DNA from: an uncultured Chlamydiae bacterium | GTDB taxonomy: Bacteria > Chlamydiota > Chlamydiia > Chlamydiales > Parachlamydiaceae | Assembly: GCA_963754655.1 (NCBI GenBank) | Contig: CAVWGN010000001.1 | Location: 3,008,001 to 3,072,000, forward strand | DNA: 64,000 bases | Direction of reading: 5' to 3' | Shown here: piece after piece, positions 59,528 to 64,000 of the stretch | How positions within the stretch are numbered: the stretch's first letter is position 1 | How the letters are laid out: every line of letters begins with the position of its first letter | Made by a program: the position numbers and the translations under genes | Notes under the pieces: generated by a model | The model's database searches: none | What the model was told of the DNA's origin: nothing | What the model saw: only the letters and a program-made list of their open reading frames with translations

Positions 59528-59952
59528 GCAACCTTTCCCTTAAATTAAGGCCGGTAAATCTTATTAACATTTGTCTTTTAAACAACATGAATTGAAAAAT
59601 GCCAGTTATGAATCTATATGGGGATAAGTTCATACTAAAAAAACCTTGAGCGAGCAACAAGAAGGAAGGAAGAGATGGAGTTCTAAGCTGATTCATATTA
59701 AATCTACTCTATAAGCCTTGAAAGTTAAAATGCTCTTTTGGCACTTAATCTATCTTGGATAGCTAAAAGGTATAAACTTTTGGCCCTATTTAATCAAGTA
59801 CTTTCTTAAATTCTTTAAGATGCAACTAGATTAACTTTCTTTTAGAAAATTATAACATATTCCTTAATAAAATTCAATAATTTTCTATTTGTATTGTTTT
59901 TTTAACCCCCTCTTTTTTTCTTATTTTCAGAATACACATGGCATCCTCTTGA

Positions 59953-61158
59953 TTATTTATCCGATAGGGCTTGAATACCAGGAAGTTGGCCAAATTCAAT
60001 GTACTCTAATGCAGCTCCTCCTCCAGTCGAAACGTGACTCATCCGATCTGTCAGTCCCGCTTGTTCTAAAGCAGCGGTAGAGTCGCCTCCTCCTACAATA
60101 GTAATGGCTGCTTCACTGACATCAGCTAAAATCTGGGCAATGGCATGAGTTCCATGATCAAAAGGAGGACATTCAAAAACTCCGAGAGGCCCATTCCAAA
60201 AGAGAGTGGCGGCTTGTCTAATTTCTTGACCATATCGTTGAATGGTTTCAGGGCCAATATCGACTCCTTCAAATCCATTTGGAATACCTTCTTTCACTTT
60301 TATAATTTTTTTTTCTGCTTCCGAACTAATTTGACGGGCAACAACAATATCGCTAGGTAATAAGATACGGCAACGAGATTGAACATCAACCTCCATTAAT
60401 TCACGCGCAACTCCTAAAAAGCTATCTTCTACCAGTGATTGACCAATTGGAATATTTTCTGCTTTAAAGAAAGTATAGGCCATCGCACCGCCAATTAATA
60501 AGACATCAGCCTTCTGCAACAACGCTTCGATCACTTTAAATTTAGTTGAGATTTTAGAACCTCCCAAGATTGCACAAAAAGGGCGTTTGGGATTAAGCAA
60601 AGTAGATCCCAAATAAGCAATTTCTTTTTCCATCAAAAAGCCCATGGCAGCCTTGCCAGGAAAAAGTTGCGCAATGGTAGTTGTTGAAGCGTGAGCGCGG
60701 TGAGCTGAACCAAAAGCATCATTAATGTAAACATCGCCTAATTCAGCTAAACCACTGACAAATGTTGGTTCTTCTTCAGGCCTTTCTTCTCCCTTATGAA
60801 AGCGTAGATTTTCCAGTAACAAAATTTCTCCTGGTTTAAGCTCTTGAGCCATTTTTGCCACTTCAGCACCCTGACAGTCAGGCGCCATCTGGACAGGGCG
60901 TTTCAGTAGTTCTGAAAAGCGCTTAGCACAAGGCGCTAAGGAGAATTGAGGATCATATTTACCCTTGGGGCGGCCTAAATGACTCATTAAAATCACTGCT
61001 CCACCCTTATCAAGAACATATTGAATAGTAGGAAGGGAAGCTCGAATGCGAGAATCGTCTGTGATTTGTCCTTTTTCCAGGGGAACATTGAAGTCGACTC
61101 GAATCAAAGCCCTTTGATTTTTTAAATCTAAATCTTGGATAGAGAGTTTTTTTGTCAT
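59953..61158 (-). CDS. pgk: Phosphoglycerate kinase
   Basis: RVDFNVP, SHLGRP, LLENLRF, NDAFGSAHRAHAS, WNGPLGVFE, HVSTGGGA. Confidence 0.98.
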   Translation of the reverse strand: MTKKLSIQDLDLKNQRALIRVDFNVPLEKGQITDDSRIRASLPTIQYVLDKGGAVILMSHLGRPKGKYDPQFSLAPCAKRFSELLKRPVQMAPDCQGAEVAKMAQELKPGEILLLENLRFHKGEERPEEEPTFVSGLAELGDVYINDAFGSAHRAHASTTTIAQLFPGKAAMGFLMEKEIAYLGSTLLNPKRPFCAILGGSKISTKFKVIEALLQKADVLLIGGAMAYTFFKAENIPIGQSLVEDSFLGVARELMEVDVQSRCRILLPSDIVVARQISSEAEKKIIKVKEGIPNGFEGVDIGPETIQRYGQEIRQAATLFWNGPLGVFECPPFDHGTHAIAQILADVSEAAITIVGGGDSTAALEQAGLTDRMSHVSTGGGAALEYIEFGQLPGIQALSDK

Positions 61159-61256
61159 GAAAGACCTTGCACTTTTTCAACTACAATTGGTAGCTTGAAG
61201 CTTCATTCATATCTCATCATGATGAGCCTGTCAAGGATTATTCAATTAAGCTTTAT

Positions 61257-61895
61257 ATGCTAAACAACAATGACTTAAGAAAAGAATATCGACTTAAATC
61301 TTTGGATCTAAGCCATCTTAATCTCGATCCTTTTTTACAATTTTTTATTTGGTTTCAAGAAGCCCAAGACGCACAAGTTTTAGAATTCAATGCCATGGCT
61401 TTAGCAACAGCTTCGGTTGAAGGAGTTCCTTCATGCCGCACTGTTTTACTTAAGAAAATAGATAAGCAAGGATTTTCATTTTTTACTAACTATGAGAGTC
61501 GAAAAGGAAAAGAATTAGACAGCAATCCTGTTGCTTGTGCGACTTTTTACTGGCGCGAACTTGAGCGACAAGTGATCCTTGCAGGAGCAATAGAAAAATT
61601 AAGCCGTCAAGAATCAGAGGCTTATTTCACCTCTAGGCCCCGAGGCAGCCAATTAGGAACTTGGGCTTCACATCAAGATCAAGAAATCTCTTCGCGAAAG
61701 GAATTGGAGGAAAGTTATCGTCACTTTGAAAAGATGTATGAAGGTCAAACGATTCCCACGCCTCCCTATTGGGGAGGATACCTTCTTAGGCCTAAACGTT
61801 TTGAATTTTGGCAAGGTCGCGCTAATCGCCTTCATGATCGATTTTGTTATGTTCATCTTAATCACACCTGGCACATTGCCCGCTTAGCTCCTTAG
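61257..61895 (+). CDS. pdxH: Pyridoxamine 5'-phosphate oxidase
   Basis: LRKEY, RTVLLK, FFTNYESRKG, YFTSRPRGSQ, EFWQGRANRLHDR, RLAP. Confidence 0.96.
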   Translation: MLNNNDLRKEYRLKSLDLSHLNLDPFLQFFIWFQEAQDAQVLEFNAMALATASVEGVPSCRTVLLKKIDKQGFSFFTNYESRKGKELDSNPVACATFYWRELERQVILAGAIEKLSRQESEAYFTSRPRGSQLGTWASHQDQEISSRKELEESYRHFEKMYEGQTIPTPPYWGGYLLRPKRFEFWQGRANRLHDRFCYVHLNHTWHIARLAP

Positions 61896-61954
61896 ATGAG
61901 AATCGTGATTGTTCAACGGATGAGAATATCTAAAGTTTATGTTGATTTTATAAG

Positions 61955-62536
61955 TTAAGGTGTCATTTGGCGAATCATTTCAATAAAGTATTGGTGGATG
62001 TATGGGTCGTTAGTCAATTCTGGATGAAAAGAAGAGGCTAGATGATGTCCTTGCCGAACTAAAATTGGTTCGCCTTCCCACATTGCCAAAATTTGGATAT
62101 TTTTTCCCCATTTTTTAATACGCGGGGCTCGGATAAAAAAAGCAGGAAATGTTTTAGAATAGCCTGAAGTGAATTCTAAAGAAATAAAAGCCTGAAAAGA
62201 CTCAACTTGTCGCCCAAATGCATTGCGCTCAACTGTGATATCCAGCAATTGCAAAGGTTGAAGAGAAAAATCTTGAACCTGCTTTGACATAAGAATTAAA
62301 CCTGCGCAAGTTCCAAAGATGGGTTTTTGACGCGCAAAATCCAATAACGCATCTCGCATTTGAATAAAGTCTAGCTGCCGCAGCATGACTGTAGATTCTC
62401 CACCTGGAATAATTAACCCCTGACAAGTTTCTAAATCTTGAGGTTTTCGAATTTCTTGAACCTCAACATCTAAAGAACGCAAAACTTCAGCATGTTTAGC
62501 AAAATCCCCTTGTAAAGCCAATACTCCAATCTGCAT
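61955..62536 (-). CDS. pdxT: PLP synthase glutaminase subunit
   Basis: GVLALQGDF, PGGEST, GTCAGLI, RNAFGRQVESF, FIRAP, FHPEL. Confidence 0.97.
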   Translation of the reverse strand: MQIGVLALQGDFAKHAEVLRSLDVEVQEIRKPQDLETCQGLIIPGGESTVMLRQLDFIQMRDALLDFARQKPIFGTCAGLILMSKQVQDFSLQPLQLLDITVERNAFGRQVESFQAFISLEFTSGYSKTFPAFFIRAPRIKKWGKNIQILAMWEGEPILVRQGHHLASSFHPELTNDPYIHQYFIEMIRQMTP

Positions 62537-63436
62537 TTACCACCCACGCCGTGCTAAAAGATCTTCTTTTTTCAATTGGCGAATATCTATACCTCGCATC
62601 GCATCTAGAAGCCCCATAGAAATTTGTGCTAACATTTCAGGATCTCGACAATAAGTGACTGCACCGACAATAGCTCTAGCACGGGGTGCAGGGTCTTGAG
62701 ATTTAAAAATTCCTGACCCTACAAAAACTGCTTGAGCGCCCAGTTGCATCATCAAGGCTGCATCGGCGGGCGTAGCAATTCCCCCTGCCGCAAAGTTAGG
62801 CACAGGCAAAGTTCCTGTACGTGCTACTAATTGAATAAGATGGAAGGGGGCGCCTAGCCGTTTAGATTCAGCCATCAGTTCTGCGTGTTCCATGACTTGA
62901 AGACGGCGAATTTCGCGATTAACAGTCCGCATATGACGCACTGCTTCAACAATATTGCCCGTCCCCGCCTCTCCTTTTGTGCGAATCATGGCTGCTCCTT
63001 CTCCAATGCGTCGCAGCGCTTCGCCTAAATCGCGGCAACCGCACACAAAAGGAGCTTTGAAAAGGTGCTTATCGATATGATTTTCTTCATCAGCAGGAGT
63101 TAATACTTCGCTTTCATCAATAAAATCGACTTGCAAAGCTTCTAAAATTTGAGCTTCTACAAAGTGACCAATTCGGCACTTGGCCATTACAGGAATAGTG
63201 ACAGCTTCTTGAATTTTCTGAATAAGTTCGGGATGAGACATGCGAGCAATTCCGCCTTGAGTGCGAATATCAGAAGGAATACGTTCCAAAGCCATGACAG
63301 CAACAGCTCCCGCATCCTCTGCTATTTTGGCTTCCTCAGGAGTTGTCACATCCATGATGACTCCCCCTTTCAACATCTCAGCAAGAGCCACTTTAACTTC
63401 AAAAGACCCTTTTTCAACAGATTTTTCTTTTTTCAT
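62537..63436 (-). CDS. pdxS: PLP synthase lyase subunit
   Basis: [53 protein letters not shown]. Confidence 0.98.
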   Translation of the reverse strand: MKKEKSVEKGSFEVKVALAEMLKGGVIMDVTTPEEAKIAEDAGAVAVMALERIPSDIRTQGGIARMSHPELIQKIQEAVTIPVMAKCRIGHFVEAQILEALQVDFIDESEVLTPADEENHIDKHLFKAPFVCGCRDLGEALRRIGEGAAMIRTKGEAGTGNIVEAVRHMRTVNREIRRLQVMEHAELMAESKRLGAPFHLIQLVARTGTLPVPNFAAGGIATPADAALMMQLGAQAVFVGSGIFKSQDPAPRARAIVGAVTYCRDPEMLAQISMGLLDAMRGIDIRQLKKEDLLARRGW

Positions 63437-63449
63437 AAAACGCGTCTAC

Positions 63450-64000
63450 CTATAGATTTAAAAAAGGATTATTTACTTGATTAAAGAGATTGCCTTTTTT
63501 ACGCCGCTTAAGTTCGGTACGAACAGAATAAAGCAAATCTTGGTCAAAGTCTTTATTGGAAATCCATTGCAAATATTGTAAGGGAATTTCCTTAAGCAGA
63601 CGCCCTTTATGTTTTCCCAAAGGCATTGTGTTCATTAAAATTGGTCGCGATAGCGCATCAAATAGTTGTTCTGTTGTCTTAAAGCGTTTGGCAAGTCGTT
63701 TAAATACTTCTTTATTGACCACCACATCGCTCATCGCACGATGTGCGCCTTCAAGAGGAATATTGAAGTGCTTGCGCAAATGTTCGAGTGAGTTAATGGG
63801 AGATTCACCATATAATCGCGCCATACGTAAAGTATCTAAATAAAGATTGTGGCGAATGATGCAGGGAATTCCGTGACGTTCGGCTGCTATTGCAAGGATA
63901 TCAATATCAAATCCCACCCCATGCCCCACAATAATTTGATTGCCAATTAGTTGCAAGATGTCGGGTAGAACCTGGGCAATAGTGGGCTTATCTTTAACCA
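63450..64000 (-). CDS. DEDDh 3'-5' exonuclease (DnaQ-like) with C-terminal MPxGKHKG (DUF3820-like) domain; 5' end outside the window
   Basis: VGHGVGFD (ExoII), AHRAMSD (ExoIII), MPLGKHKG..YLQW; the frame stays open to the window edge. Confidence 0.85.
   Translation of the reverse strand, partial: VKDKPTIAQVLPDILQLIGNQIIVGHGVGFDIDILAIAAERHGIPCIIRHNLYLDTLRMARLYGESPINSLEHLRKHFNIPLEGAHRAMSDVVVNKEVFKRLAKRFKTTEQLFDALSRPILMNTMPLGKHKGRLLKEIPLQYLQWISNKDFDQDLLYSVRTELKRRKKGNLFNQVNNPFLNL

Noticed and set aside
59490..59696. 68-aa ORF overlapping the NTT3-like start, as a leader peptide
   Set aside because: It has no convincing RBS or recognisable motif and is likely chance in a 5' region.

Overview
This is a chromosomal segment of an environmental chlamydia (phylum Chlamydiota, most like Protochlamydia/Parachlamydiaceae). 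The assignment rests on three nucleotide transporters (NTT/TLC family), euo, a ddbA/CT066 homologue, ytgABCD with the YtgC-YtgR fusion, a giant fused SecDF, a Pom-type outer-membrane protein and a CIRCE-controlled hrcA-grpE-dnaK operon. Most genes are housekeeping or transport: smc (partial), serS, selU/mnmH, an M18 aminopeptidase, cdd, oppABCDF, a KimA-like transporter, rseP, dxr, thpR, recJ, an rlmD-like methyltransferase, tsp, gltX, mscS, pgsA, pgk, pdxH/T/S and a partial DEDDh exonuclease. I found no rRNA, tRNA, CRISPR array or transposase. Five things stand out. (1) A family of GC-rich modular fold-back (REP/REPIN-like) elements at 7.8-8.5, 17.5-17.8 and 38.5-38.9 kb, with the same hairpin core packaged between different terminal inverted repeats and showing compensatory base changes. 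(2) A eukaryote-like Ser/Thr kinase with a WNK-like lysine arrangement, inserted between ytgD and dxr. (3) An Mrp/NBP35 ATPase lacking CxxC plus a separate DUF971 protein (a split HCF101-like pair) heading the ytg metal-uptake operon. (4) A large NAD-glutamate dehydrogenase broken by two +1 frameshifts. (5) Long hairpin-rich leaders upstream of the pom and ddbA genes. All calls come from motif recognition by eye; no database searches were run.
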